64,000 nucleotides of DNA from Candidatus Iainarchaeum sp. (GTDB lineage: Archaea > Iainarchaeota > Iainarchaeia > Iainarchaeales > VGJJ01), in assembly GCA_043803765.1 (NCBI GenBank), contig JAZDJQ010000018.1, forward strand, positions 1-64,000, in the 5' to 3' direction. Made by a program: the position numbers and the translations under genes. This document shows, one piece after another, positions 38,503-47,834 of the stretch (its first letter is position 1; each line of letters begins with the position of its first letter). The notes below the pieces were generated by a model, which saw only the letters and a list, made by a program, of their open reading frames with translations, searched no databases and was not told where the DNA came from.

Positions 38503-38629
38503 TACGGGGTCGCAATACCGTCACGCGTCCGCCCTTAAGGTCATCCAATGCACGCATGAACGCACGATAGGCAGGATCATTTTCTATCGCCAAATCTTTT
38601 TGCATGGAAACCACTTTAGTTGATGGCAT
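38495..38629 (-). CDS. 44-aa putative antitoxin, convergent with the RelE-like gene
   Basis: MPSTKVVSMQKDLAIENDPAYRAFMRALDDLKGGRVTVLRPRTK; TATA-like TTTATTTAAA upstream on the minus strand. Confidence 0.55.
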   Translation of the reverse strand: MPSTKVVSMQKDLAIENDPAYRAFMRALDDLKGGRVTVLRPRTK

Positions 38630-38778
38630 AGTAATCCTTACATCCCTAACAATTTAAATAAAGAAGGTGAATTTCCAGCGTGCCCCATGAATAAGTTAAA
38701 AAGAAGACAAAAAACAACTGAGTAGGCAACGATATTTAGAAAAAAAAATCGTATCATCTGATGCAATCCAAATATAGA

Positions 38779-38874
38779 TATAGCAAAAAGCCTAAGTATT
38801 TGAACAATTTAATTGGCTTTTTTCATATATCAAACCGTCCGACAAAAGTTCAAAAATTAAAACGGTTTGCTATA
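38779..38874. mobile_element. 96-bp MITE-like palindromic repeat, copy B
   Basis: 6 mismatches versus copy A. Confidence 0.75.
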
Positions 38875-38884
38875 ACAACACTAA

Positions 38885-40162
38885 TTACCGCACCATCACG
38901 GCTTTCTTTCCTAATTCTTCCTCAATGTATAGCAAGCGATTGTATTTGGCTACACGTTCCGAACGAGAGAGAGAACCCGCTTTCAAGTAATGCGCATTTG
39001 TTCCTACTGCCAAATCGGCGATGAATGAATCCTCCGTTTCCCCTGCACGGTCACTCACAACAAGGGTCCATTTTGCATCACGCGCAAGAGCAATCGCATC
39101 CAATGTCTCGGAAATAGTCCCAACCTGATTGGGTTTCACATTCAACCCATTACTTGCCTTCAAATCCATCACTCGTTTAATTCGAGTTGAATTGGACACC
39201 AAAAGGTCATCGCCCACAATAGGGTGAGTATTTCCAATACGCGAAACGAGTCCTTGAAATCCTTGAATATCATCCTCGGCAAAAGGGTCTTCGAGCAATG
39301 AAATAGGATACTGCGCCACAAGATTAGCATAATAGTTCACAAGCTGACGATACGTAAGCGGTTTATCTTCCACAACATACAAGCCTTTCCTACGAATATG
39401 ACTTCCGGCAATGGACAACCCCACTTTAATTTGCTTTTCAATCCCCAACTCTTTGGCTGTCTCCATAATCGTATCCAATGCGATTCGCACATCACCTGTT
39501 GGAATAGAAAAACCGCCTGTTTCCCCAACATTCACGGCACGAACATCAAACTTTTTAATTAAAATAGGACGAAGCGAATGAACGAATTCACTGCTCCATT
39601 GAAGAGCTTGACTCACGCTTTTTGCTTTCGGAAACTCAATCCCAAATTCCTGAAAAGGCAAATCATTCCCCGCGTGTTTTCCCCCGCTGAAAACATTCAC
39701 CAAAGGAAAAGGAAGAGTCGGTCCGCGAGACTTTCCATTCGCATAAGAAAGAGAATGAATATGCTGATAGAGAGGCTTTTCCTGCACCATCGCACCTAAC
39801 CGCGCAACGGCCATTGAAGTAGCAATCATTGAATTGGCACCCAATTTTGACCTGTTTGGTGTTCCATCCAATTCAATTAACGCTTTATCTACATCACTTT
39901 GTATAATCGCACTCATCTCACGCAATTCACTATTAATAGGCCCGTTCACTGAACGCAATGCTTTCTGCACTCCCATCCCATGAAATGCTTTATCCTCATC
40001 TCTCAAATCATGCGCCTCAAAACGCCCTTTACTCACACCAGCAGGAGCAGTGGCACACGCCACGAAAGAGCCGGAAATAGCCTCTACCTCAATTGTAGGA
40101 ATACCCCTCGAGTCCAAAACCATGCGCCCGTGCACTTTTTCAATAGCAAATGGACTCTTCAT
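38885..40162 (-). CDS. Enolase-family protein with substituted active-site residues
   Basis: LDSRGIPT, LGAN, GGKHA, QEF, EDP, GDDL, KPNQ, RSER.AKYN. Confidence 0.88.
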   Translation of the reverse strand: MKSPFAIEKVHGRMVLDSRGIPTIEVEAISGSFVACATAPAGVSKGRFEAHDLRDEDKAFHGMGVQKALRSVNGPINSELREMSAIIQSDVDKALIELDGTPNRSKLGANSMIATSMAVARLGAMVQEKPLYQHIHSLSYANGKSRGPTLPFPLVNVFSGGKHAGNDLPFQEFGIEFPKAKSVSQALQWSSEFVHSLRPILIKKFDVRAVNVGETGGFSIPTGDVRIALDTIMETAKELGIEKQIKVGLSIAGSHIRRKGLYVVEDKPLTYRQLVNYYANLVAQYPISLLEDPFAEDDIQGFQGLVSRIGNTHPIVGDDLLVSNSTRIKRVMDLKASNGLNVKPNQVGTISETLDAIALARDAKWTLVVSDRAGETEDSFIADLAVGTNAHYLKAGSLSRSERVAKYNRLLYIEEELGKKAVMVR

Positions 40163-40240
40163 AGGAAAAACGATCCAAATATTTTGCAGTTGCTAATACA
40201 CGAAAAGGTTTAAGAGAACGGCGGGGTTTTGATGGGAAAA

Positions 40241-40990
40241 TCATTCCACCATGGAAGGGCCCGCCCCCGCCTCGTCTTGTTTTTTCCGTTGAATGACGAC
40301 TTTTTTTAATAATGGGAATCCTTTCCCTCCAAACAATGCTTCGGTAAGCGTAATGTTGACCCATGATTCGAGTTTGGTATAATCGGGTTTGGCCTTATTT
40401 CCTTCGATAATGGAACGCAACTCTTTCCAAGAACGGGAAATATACCACAATCCTGAAATCTTTTCTTTTTGGGGATGATTACGTGAGGTTAGCTCACTTT
40501 CTACAAATGCGACATCCACATTGGAAAAACGCCGAGTGTAAAAACCGTCAAACCAGTAATCATGCCCTACTAGCACCACATCGGAAGGAAGCAATCCCTT
40601 TTTTTCAATGTATGCCATTAATTGAGTCTGACGGCAATAATCATCCGTGCATTCTTTCTCTTGTGCACAACGCTTGGCATATCGTTCCTTGTCAATGGGA
40701 GACATACTATCCAAATACGATTGAGTAACTCCCCATACATTTGCAGGAGGAAAAAAAACATCCAATTCAGCCTCTTTTACCATTTCAAGGCAACGGGATT
40801 GAGGGTAAGAAGATGCCACAAAATACTCGAAATTAGGATGAGAAAGGGAATATTCCCGAAGGGATACTAACCAATTCCGTATCATCGAAATAGTCTTTTT
40901 TGAAGATGAAGAAGGAAGAAGCACTTTTTCCAATACAAAAACAACGGCTCTTTTAGGAGTATGCGAAGAAGGAGAAGGCATGTTCACCAT
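40241..40990 (-). CDS. HAD-fold-like hypothetical protein lacking the DxD motif
   Basis: VVFVLEKVL at the motif I position; LVGHDYWFDG at the motif IV position. Confidence 0.55.
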   Translation of the reverse strand: MVNMPSPSSHTPKRAVVFVLEKVLLPSSSSKKTISMIRNWLVSLREYSLSHPNFEYFVASSYPQSRCLEMVKEAELDVFFPPANVWGVTQSYLDSMSPIDKERYAKRCAQEKECTDDYCRQTQLMAYIEKKGLLPSDVVLVGHDYWFDGFYTRRFSNVDVAFVESELTSRNHPQKEKISGLWYISRSWKELRSIIEGNKAKPDYTKLESWVNITLTEALFGGKGFPLLKKVVIQRKKQDEAGAGPSMVE

Positions 40991-41069
40991 TAAACCCATC
41001 CCCACTTTAAATGAAATTCGTATCACCCAACGAGCGATTTAAAACACCTTTTCACGATAAAGAGTTACT

Positions 41070-41336
41070 ATGAAAGGGTTGGGGCAAACGATGGTAAAAT
41101 CCGCACTCAAATGTGCAGTCTGCGGAAAAAAAGCCACGGAAGCAAGCACGCTGAATATCCCGACATGCAAAGAGCACCAAAATCTCCCAACAAAAACACC
41201 GCAATGCCCTCAATGCGAAGGAAAAATGAGCGTGAAGGCAGGAAAAAACGGGGGGTTCTGGCGATGCGATAATTTCCCAATCTGCTTTGGAACACGCAAC
41301 TTATTGAACCCTGACGAAGAACAGGATATTCTATAA
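41070..41336 (+). CDS. Small zinc-finger protein (topoisomerase C4 zinc-ribbon-like)
   Basis: CAVC...C..H and CPQC...GFWRCDNFPIC. Confidence 0.75.
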   Translation: MKGLGQTMVKSALKCAVCGKKATEASTLNIPTCKEHQNLPTKTPQCPQCEGKMSVKAGKNGGFWRCDNFPICFGTRNLLNPDEEQDIL

Positions 41337-41350
41337 TCGTAATTCCACTA

Positions 41351-42004
41351 TTACGAGTCCTTCCCCTCTTTTCCCTCACGCACAACAGGGGGCTCCTTTT
41401 CTTTCCCACGCAAAGGATTGGATATTCGTTCCAAGGGATTAGGAATATTCTCAAGTGCATGACGCAAGCGCTGACTGCGCGACAATTTAGGAGCACTCTC
41501 AACGAGTGCAATCGTAAGAAGACGGTTCTCCAAAACACCATGCCAATGATAATACTTCGAAACATTCTCAACATTGGAATAGAATGAATGAACATCCCCT
41601 ATTTGTCCAGAAAACTTTTCACGAAAATCACGAATAAAGGATTGATACTGGGCAAAGTCGGCGTGAATCGACTCCATCAAAACCGAATGCATTCCAGGAC
41701 CTTCTCCTTCCGTAGCAAATAAAACAGACGGGGCATCCTGCATCCACTGCACCATTTTTTTAACAATAGAAGAAGAAGACGGTTTAATCGTTGTCATCAC
41801 CCAAAAATGAAGACCCAGTTTAGCCAAATTAGGAAGAATAACAAACCGATCAATATATTTCTCATTCATCAAACGAGAACGAAGACGAGTAATCGTAGGC
41901 TGGGACGTCTTAAGTTTGGAGGCTAACTCCCTATCCGAGAGACGAGCATTCTTCGCAAGCGCAAGCAAAATCTCCCGTTCACGCGAAGAAAAGGTATTTT
42001 TCAT
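41351..42004 (-). CDS. Lrp/AsnC-type transcriptional regulator
   Basis: L..NARLSDRELA..L..SQPTITR; RAM-like domain. Confidence 0.85.
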   Translation of the reverse strand: MKNTFSSREREILLALAKNARLSDRELASKLKTSQPTITRLRSRLMNEKYIDRFVILPNLAKLGLHFWVMTTIKPSSSSIVKKMVQWMQDAPSVLFATEGEGPGMHSVLMESIHADFAQYQSFIRDFREKFSGQIGDVHSFYSNVENVSKYYHWHGVLENRLLTIALVESAPKLSRSQRLRHALENIPNPLERISNPLRGKEKEPPVVREGKEGKDS

Positions 42005-42174
42005 ACACTAAAAATGGTTTTAGAGGGATTTAAGGCTTTTCATCCACCACACAAATCGTATGATAAACCCCGTTCAAATGAAAAATAGAGAGACTCATAC
42101 AATGCTGAAACAAACAAAACACGCCAAAATCTGCATACATGATACAGAATAACGGCGAAAAGGTTTTGACAGGC

Positions 42175-42184
42175 TTTTATATAA
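42175..42184 (+). promoter_or_regulatory. TATA-box candidate for the ncRNA
   Basis: TTTTATATAA about 20-30 nt upstream of the structured element. Confidence 0.4.
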
Positions 42185-42204
42185 TGAAATTCAAGAAAGA
42201 CAAC

Positions 42205-42307
42205 AGAGGTGGTTGCCAAGATCGGGAACACGAAAACTCAAACTAAGGTTTGGGAGTTAGGCTCACCCGGCTCGAACGGGAACTTCCGATGACTCCCAAC
42301 CACCTTT
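42205..42307 (+). ncRNA. Candidate ~103-nt structured non-coding RNA
   Basis: 11-bp closing stem, 7-bp second stem, two hairpins; G-U pairs work only on the + strand. Confidence 0.5.
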
Positions 42308-42364
42308 CCCTATTCTTCACAACAACTCAAAAGCACTCTTCTTCTATCGTCTCCTCGAATTCAA

Positions 42365-42413
42365 GGGGAGTTGGGGAATGCAACTCCCCGCTCTCTTTGA
42401 ATTATTTTTTTTC
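42365..42413 (+). terminator. GC hairpin followed by a T-tract
   Basis: GGGGAGTTG-N7-CAACTCCCC, then T8. Confidence 0.45.
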
Positions 42414-42528
42414 ACCGGTTCGAATTCTTTATCTTTTATTACACGGCATAGCACAATGGCGCTTTCCTCTCCACCGGCATTAAAACACTTTACCCATGGA
42501 ATGTTTTACTCCACCCTGTTTTACCACT

Positions 42529-45123
42529 ATGATTAAACTCCTCACCCAAAAATACGCAGAAAAAGAGATTTATGCATCTCTCCACCCCCTCCTAGGAGGA
42601 TTCTTCAAACATCATTTTAACGGATTCACCGAACCCCAACAGTATTCCATTGTTTCCATTCACCGGCGCGAAAATATTCTCGTTTCCGCCCCAACCGGAA
42701 CAGGAAAAACACTCTCTGCGTTTGCCGCCGTATTAAGTGAACTCATGCACCTTTCCGACGCAGAACAATTAGAAGAACACGTGTATTGCGTGTATGTATC
42801 CCCACTCCGCGCCCTATCCAATGATATTGAAAAAAACCTCAATCAACCATTAGACGAATTGCAAAAGGCCGCCGAAAAAATAGGAAAAAAGTATGCCATC
42901 CGCATTGGAGTACGAACAGGAGACACGCCTACGCATGAAAGGCAACAAATGACACGAAAACCGCCTCACATTCTCATTACTACGCCTGAAACATTGGCTA
43001 TCGTACTCGCTTCCCCAAAATTCTCCCAAAGCATGAAAAACACGCGATGGTGTATCATTGATGAAATACACTCGCTCGCCAGCGGAAAAAGAGGAACCCA
43101 ACTCGCACTCACAACAGAAGCATTACAACGCCTTTCTCCAAATATGACACGCATTGGACTAAGCGCAACCGTAGCACCACTCGAAGAAATCGCCCACTAC
43201 CTTGTAGGAAACAACACCGAAGGAAAACCACGCCCATGCCAAATAGTCGATGTATCCTCTATCAAAGAAATGGACATGAAAGTCATTTCTCCACTGTCCG
43301 ACTTGATTAATACCACTCAAAAAAAAATGGATGAAGCCGTATACCGCACCCTCGATGACTTAATCGGGACACACCGCACCACGCTTATTTTTACCAACAC
43401 ACGAGCCGCAACCGAGCGGGTGGTGCATCATCTCAAAGAAAAATATCCTTCAAAATACGAAGGACTAATCGGAGCACACCACTCGTCATTATCCCGAACG
43501 CACCGATTACAAGTAGAAAATAGATTAAAAAACGGGGAACTAAAAGTATGCGTGAGCTCCACTTCCCTCGAACTAGGAATTGACATAGGATTCATTGACT
43601 TGGTGATATTATTAGGAAGCCCAAAAGGAGTAGCACGAGCGCTACAACGCACTGGAAGATCAGGACACAAACTGCATGACACGGTAAAAGGACGAATTGT
43701 CGTATTAGACCGAGACGATTTAATCGAATGCGGAGTATTACTTAAAAATGCCCTTGAAAAAAAAATTGACCGCGTATATGTCCCAAAAAACTGCCTCGAT
43801 GTACTCGCACAACACATTTTTGGACTCGTAGTAAATGAACCACGAAATATCGAAGAAGTATACGAGGAAATACGACGAGCATACCCCTATCAAACACTCC
43901 CACGGACGGATTTCCAAGAAGTACTAGATTATCTCTCAGGAGTGTATGCAGGATTAGAAGTTCGGCATGTATACGCCAAAATATGGATCGACGAAAAAAC
44001 AGGTATGATGGGAAAAAGAGGAAAACTAGCACGCGTCATCTATATGACCAACGTGGGAACGATACCTGATGAAGCAAAAGTAAAAGTGAAAATAGGAGAA
44101 CACATCATTGGAACGTTTGATGAAGCATTCATGGACCGACTCAAAAAAGGAGACACATTCGTGCTAGGAGGAAACACGCTAGAGTTTCAATTCGCACGAG
44201 GAATGACGGTGCAAGCAAAATCAGCATCCGGAAAAATTCCAACCGTTCCATCCTGGGTGTCCGAGATGCTTCCATTATCCTATGACTTGGCGGTGGACAT
44301 TCAAAAATTCAGACGACTAATGAATGACCTTTTTTCCTCAAAAAAATCAAAAAAAGAAATCCTCGCATTCATTGATGACTACCTCTACGTAGACAAGAAT
44401 GCAGGAAACGCCATTTATGAATACTTCAATCAGCAATACCGTTTCGCCCAAATACCACGAGATGGACACATTTTGCTCGAACAGGTAAAAATGGAAGGAA
44501 TGACCTATTTTGTATTTCACACGCTTTATGGAAGACGCGTGAATGATGCACTATCACGAGCATACGCCTACACGTTAGGAAGAATGATACACCAAGATGT
44601 AGACATCCTATTAGGAGACAATGGATTCGCACTGCGTTTTGGTGGAAAAGCATCCCCCGAAAAACTCATTTCACTTGTTCATTCGTGGGAACTGCCCAAA
44701 ATAATGAACGTAGCATTACGAACATCGGAAGTATTACGAAGGAGATTTCGACACTGCGCAACAAGAGCATTCATGATTCTTCGAACATACCGAGGAAGAA
44801 CCAAAACAGTAGGAAGACAACAAATGTCCTCACGATTACTGCTTTCGGCCGTACAACGAATGGATGAAAACTTCTCCATACTACGAGAAGCACGAAGAGA
44901 AGTAGTAGAAGACCTCATGGACTTGCCCCACGCAAAAGAAATCGTAACCAAAATAGAACAAGGAATGATTAAAGTAACCATTCTCCCATTGGACACGTTT
45001 TCCCCATTCTCCTTTAACCTAATCGCACAGGGACATTACGATGTAATCCGCCTAGAAGACCGGCTTACCTTTATCAAGCGGATGCACGAAAAAGTGTTGC
45101 AACATGTCGCACAACCCGCCTAA
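42529..45123 (+). CDS. lhr: Lhr-family SF2 helicase
   Basis: APTGTGKT, TTPE, DEIH, SAT, HHSSL, SLELGID, QRTGRSGH, WVSE. Confidence 0.93.
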   Translation: MIKLLTQKYAEKEIYASLHPLLGGFFKHHFNGFTEPQQYSIVSIHRRENILVSAPTGTGKTLSAFAAVLSELMHLSDAEQLEEHVYCVYVSPLRALSNDIEKNLNQPLDELQKAAEKIGKKYAIRIGVRTGDTPTHERQQMTRKPPHILITTPETLAIVLASPKFSQSMKNTRWCIIDEIHSLASGKRGTQLALTTEALQRLSPNMTRIGLSATVAPLEEIAHYLVGNNTEGKPRPCQIVDVSSIKEMDMKVISPLSDLINTTQKKMDEAVYRTLDDLIGTHRTTLIFTNTRAATERVVHHLKEKYPSKYEGLIGAHHSSLSRTHRLQVENRLKNGELKVCVSSTSLELGIDIGFIDLVILLGSPKGVARALQRTGRSGHKLHDTVKGRIVVLDRDDLIECGVLLKNALEKKIDRVYVPKNCLDVLAQHIFGLVVNEPRNIEEVYEEIRRAYPYQTLPRTDFQEVLDYLSGVYAGLEVRHVYAKIWIDEKTGMMGKRGKLARVIYMTNVGTIPDEAKVKVKIGEHIIGTFDEAFMDRLKKGDTFVLGGNTLEFQFARGMTVQAKSASGKIPTVPSWVSEMLPLSYDLAVDIQKFRRLMNDLFSSKKSKKEILAFIDDYLYVDKNAGNAIYEYFNQQYRFAQIPRDGHILLEQVKMEGMTYFVFHTLYGRRVNDALSRAYAYTLGRMIHQDVDILLGDNGFALRFGGKASPEKLISLVHSWELPKIMNVALRTSEVLRRRFRHCATRAFMILRTYRGRTKTVGRQQMSSRLLLSAVQRMDENFSILREARREVVEDLMDLPHAKEIVTKIEQGMIKVTILPLDTFSPFSFNLIAQGHYDVIRLEDRLTFIKRMHEKVLQHVAQPA

Positions 45124-45865
45124 AAAAAATCACGATCCAACACCCATTGAAATGGGACCGGGATTCTATTCCATGGGAATTTCCCTATTAATCCCTTCAG
45201 ATGGAACACTTATTCTATCAGATTTACAGTTAGGAATGGAAGAACAATACAACAACCAAGGCGTTTTCATTCCGCGCTTTAATTACACCGAAGTAAAAAA
45301 ACACCTCCAAGAAATTTTCCACCACACCCATCACTTTGACCAAATCATACTGAACGGGGATATTAAACACGGATTTGGAAAAGCAACCGACCAAGAATGG
45401 AAAGAAGTCATTGCATTACTCGAATTCATTTCTCCCCACGCGGAAAAAATACTCATCATCAAAGGAAACCATGATATTGCCATTGAACCCATTGCACGAT
45501 TCGCAAAAATAGAAATAGAAACGGAAGGATTTTTCCTCGAAAAAAGCAAAACATTTGTTTGCCATGGACACGAAATACCCGATGAAAAAAAATGGAAAAA
45601 CGCCCACACGATTGTCATTGGGCATGACCATCCTGCCATCATGCTCAAAGACGGAGCCACCAAACAACAATTCAAATGCTTCCTCATAGGAAACTGGAAA
45701 GGAAAAAGACTCATTGTTGTTCCTTCATTCAATTTTGCCAGCACTGGAAGCGACCCGAGAGAAGGAGTATTATCCCCATTCCTCAAAGGAAACATTCATG
45801 CGTTCCGCGCATGGTTAGTAGAAGACCACGCGTATGACTTTGGAACACTAGATGAATTACCATAA
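45104..45865 (+). CDS. Metallophosphoesterase, Lhr-associated type
   Basis: SDLQLG, NGD, GNHD, HGH, GHDHP, PSFN. Confidence 0.88.
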   Translation: MSHNPPKKNHDPTPIEMGPGFYSMGISLLIPSDGTLILSDLQLGMEEQYNNQGVFIPRFNYTEVKKHLQEIFHHTHHFDQIILNGDIKHGFGKATDQEWKEVIALLEFISPHAEKILIIKGNHDIAIEPIARFAKIEIETEGFFLEKSKTFVCHGHEIPDEKKWKNAHTIVIGHDHPAIMLKDGATKQQFKCFLIGNWKGKRLIVVPSFNFASTGSDPREGVLSPFLKGNIHAFRAWLVEDHAYDFGTLDELP

Positions 45866-45877
45866 ACAGGCAACTTG

Positions 45878-46294
45878 TTATTTCGGATAAAAACGAGCAT
45901 AATATTCCCGCGTCTTTTCCGATTGATGAGAGTGTTGAAGCACTGCACCCAGATAACGAAACGCACTTTTCAATTCGTCCAAAGTAGGCGCACGATAAAT
46001 TGTTATCCCATTTTCAACGCGCGGAGTGAAAATAAAAGCCCGAATGAAAGTACGAATCCTTGTGTACTGCGCGTTTGATAATTTTCCGCGCTTTATAAAA
46101 TGATAAAGCCATGACTGCATGTTCCGTTCAAAAAAAATCCGAGCATTCCATATCATTGTCGCCTGTTCTTGCGTTGTTTTAGCAAAAATCTCGTTCCTCC
46201 CAATTCGGGAAGGAATCCCAATCCAGCTTCTATTTGCATCCCGCTCCCTGCGATAAAAAGGACTCTTATTAATACGAACAATCACACGACCCAT
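45878..46294 (-). CDS. Basic hypothetical protein
   Basis: Open frame filling the gap; no recognisable motif. Confidence 0.5.
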   Translation of the reverse strand: MGRVIVRINKSPFYRRERDANRSWIGIPSRIGRNEIFAKTTQEQATMIWNARIFFERNMQSWLYHFIKRGKLSNAQYTRIRTFIRAFIFTPRVENGITIYRAPTLDELKSAFRYLGAVLQHSHQSEKTREYYARFYPK

Positions 46295-46379
46295 AAAGAA
46301 GAAAAGAAAACACTCCACTATAAGAATATGACTCACTCCAAAAGAGAAAGCAAAAAAAATAACGCGTGGTTTTATGGAA

Positions 46380-46544
46380 TTACGTCAGCATGTTCGGAAT
46401 ACCTTTCTCAACAAAATACTGCTTCTTACACTTATCACAGGTGAGGATTTGCTTTTCCTTGTCGAAAAAAAGAGAACCATGGTCAAGGGGACACACCAGC
46501 ACGTTCCGTAGAATGGGAGAGATGTCGTGCAAGGGAGCACTCAT
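46380..46544 (-). CDS. trm112: Trm112-family methyltransferase activator (54 aa, below ORF-track cutoff)
   Basis: L.CP.D.G.L...LTCDKC...Y.V..GIPNML. Confidence 0.85.
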   Translation of the reverse strand: MSAPLHDISPILRNVLVCPLDHGSLFFDKEKQILTCDKCKKQYFVEKGIPNMLT

Positions 46545-46597
46545 AGGATAGAAAACCCCTGTCCGGGTTTAAAACCCATTGACTCTCAACTAGTTCC

Positions 46598-47773
46598 ATG
46601 ACGGTCTTCCGTACACGAATAGGAGAAAAGGAAATCATCCTTGTTGGAACCGCCCACATCTCCAAGAAGTCCATCGAATTGGTGGAAAAAACCATTTTGG
46701 AAGAACAACCTGATATCGTAGGAGTAGAATTGGATGAACTGCGATTGCAACAATTGTTGCACGGAAACAAGTGGGAAAACACTAACATTCTAGAACTAAT
46801 TCAAACCGGACAAGCAGGGCTGATTTTGCTTAATTTATTTCTATCCAACATGCAAAAACAATTAGGAGAAAAAGTAGGAGTCAAACCCGGAGAAGAAATG
46901 AAAGTCGCCGTTGAACGTGCGAAAGAAATGAAAAAACCACTATTATTGATGGACCGAAGCCTACAAATCACAATGAAAAGAGCCATGGCTGAAATCAGTT
47001 TGTGGGAGAAACTCAAACTAGGAGGAAGTCTCATCATGGGACTATTCGGAGACAACAACGAAACCATTAATGAAAAAAAAATAGAAGAAATGAAAGAATC
47101 CGATTTAGTCACCAAACTCATGCTCGAATTAAGCAAACAATACCCCAAACTAAAAAAAACACTCGTGGACGAACGAGACGCATACATTGCTCACTCCCTC
47201 ATCCAAAGCCCTGGAAAAAAAATAGTAGGCGTTATTGGCATCGGACACGCGCAGGGGATTATTCAGCATTTACAAAACTATGCTAGTGGAAAAAAAGAAG
47301 AAATGCCAACGCTCAACGAATTAATCATTGTTCCAACAAAGAAAAAAAACCACGTAATCGAATGGGGAATTCCCATTGCATTTATTGCTATTCTCGCATG
47401 GATATTCTACACGCAGGGAGCGGAGCTCTCGATTCACTTCATTGGATTCTGGGTGATTGGACATGGGGTACTAGCAGGAAGCGGTGCACTACTTGCTGGA
47501 GCACAATGGAAAACCGTGTTGGGAGTAGTAGCCACCGCATGGTTAGCCGCATTACACCCCCTCATCGCAGCCGGATGGATTGCGGCCGCCATCGAAACAA
47601 AAGAAAACAGTCCCGCCATGAAAGACTTCACCAACTTGAATCAACTGAACAGTGTAGGGGACTTCCGCCGAAACAGGGTAACGCAAATATTACTCATCAC
47701 CGTGCTCACCAATCTCGGAAGCATGGCTGCCACCATCCTTGTGATCCCCTACCTTATCAGCACGCTGGGATAA
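46598..47773 (+). CDS. TraB/PrgY-family protein with C-terminal TM segments
   Basis: VGTAHIS, VELD..R, PGEEM, DERD, G.GH..GI, HPL..AGW. Confidence 0.88.
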   Translation: MTVFRTRIGEKEIILVGTAHISKKSIELVEKTILEEQPDIVGVELDELRLQQLLHGNKWENTNILELIQTGQAGLILLNLFLSNMQKQLGEKVGVKPGEEMKVAVERAKEMKKPLLLMDRSLQITMKRAMAEISLWEKLKLGGSLIMGLFGDNNETINEKKIEEMKESDLVTKLMLELSKQYPKLKKTLVDERDAYIAHSLIQSPGKKIVGVIGIGHAQGIIQHLQNYASGKKEEMPTLNELIIVPTKKKNHVIEWGIPIAFIAILAWIFYTQGAELSIHFIGFWVIGHGVLAGSGALLAGAQWKTVLGVVATAWLAALHPLIAAGWIAAAIETKENSPAMKDFTNLNQLNSVGDFRRNRVTQILLITVLTNLGSMAATILVIPYLISTLG

Positions 47774-47834
47774 GGATGAAATCTATGAAGAAACGCCCTC
47801 TTTGATTAAATAGAGACTAACTGTCTAATCCACC

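Noticed and set aside
38761-39024. 87-aa ORF
   Set aside because: It runs through the 96-bp repeat and antisense to the enolase-family gene.
42221-42297. Hammerhead ribozyme (GAAA...UA...CCGAUGA)
   Set aside because: The core reads CCGAUGA rather than CUGAUGA, and stems I and II cannot form in the required register.
42205-42307. tRNA, 5S rRNA or SRP RNA
   Set aside because: The minus strand has a T-loop-like GTTCGAGCC but no cloverleaf; the topology differs from 5S; there is no SRP helix-8 motif; G-U pairs favour the + strand.
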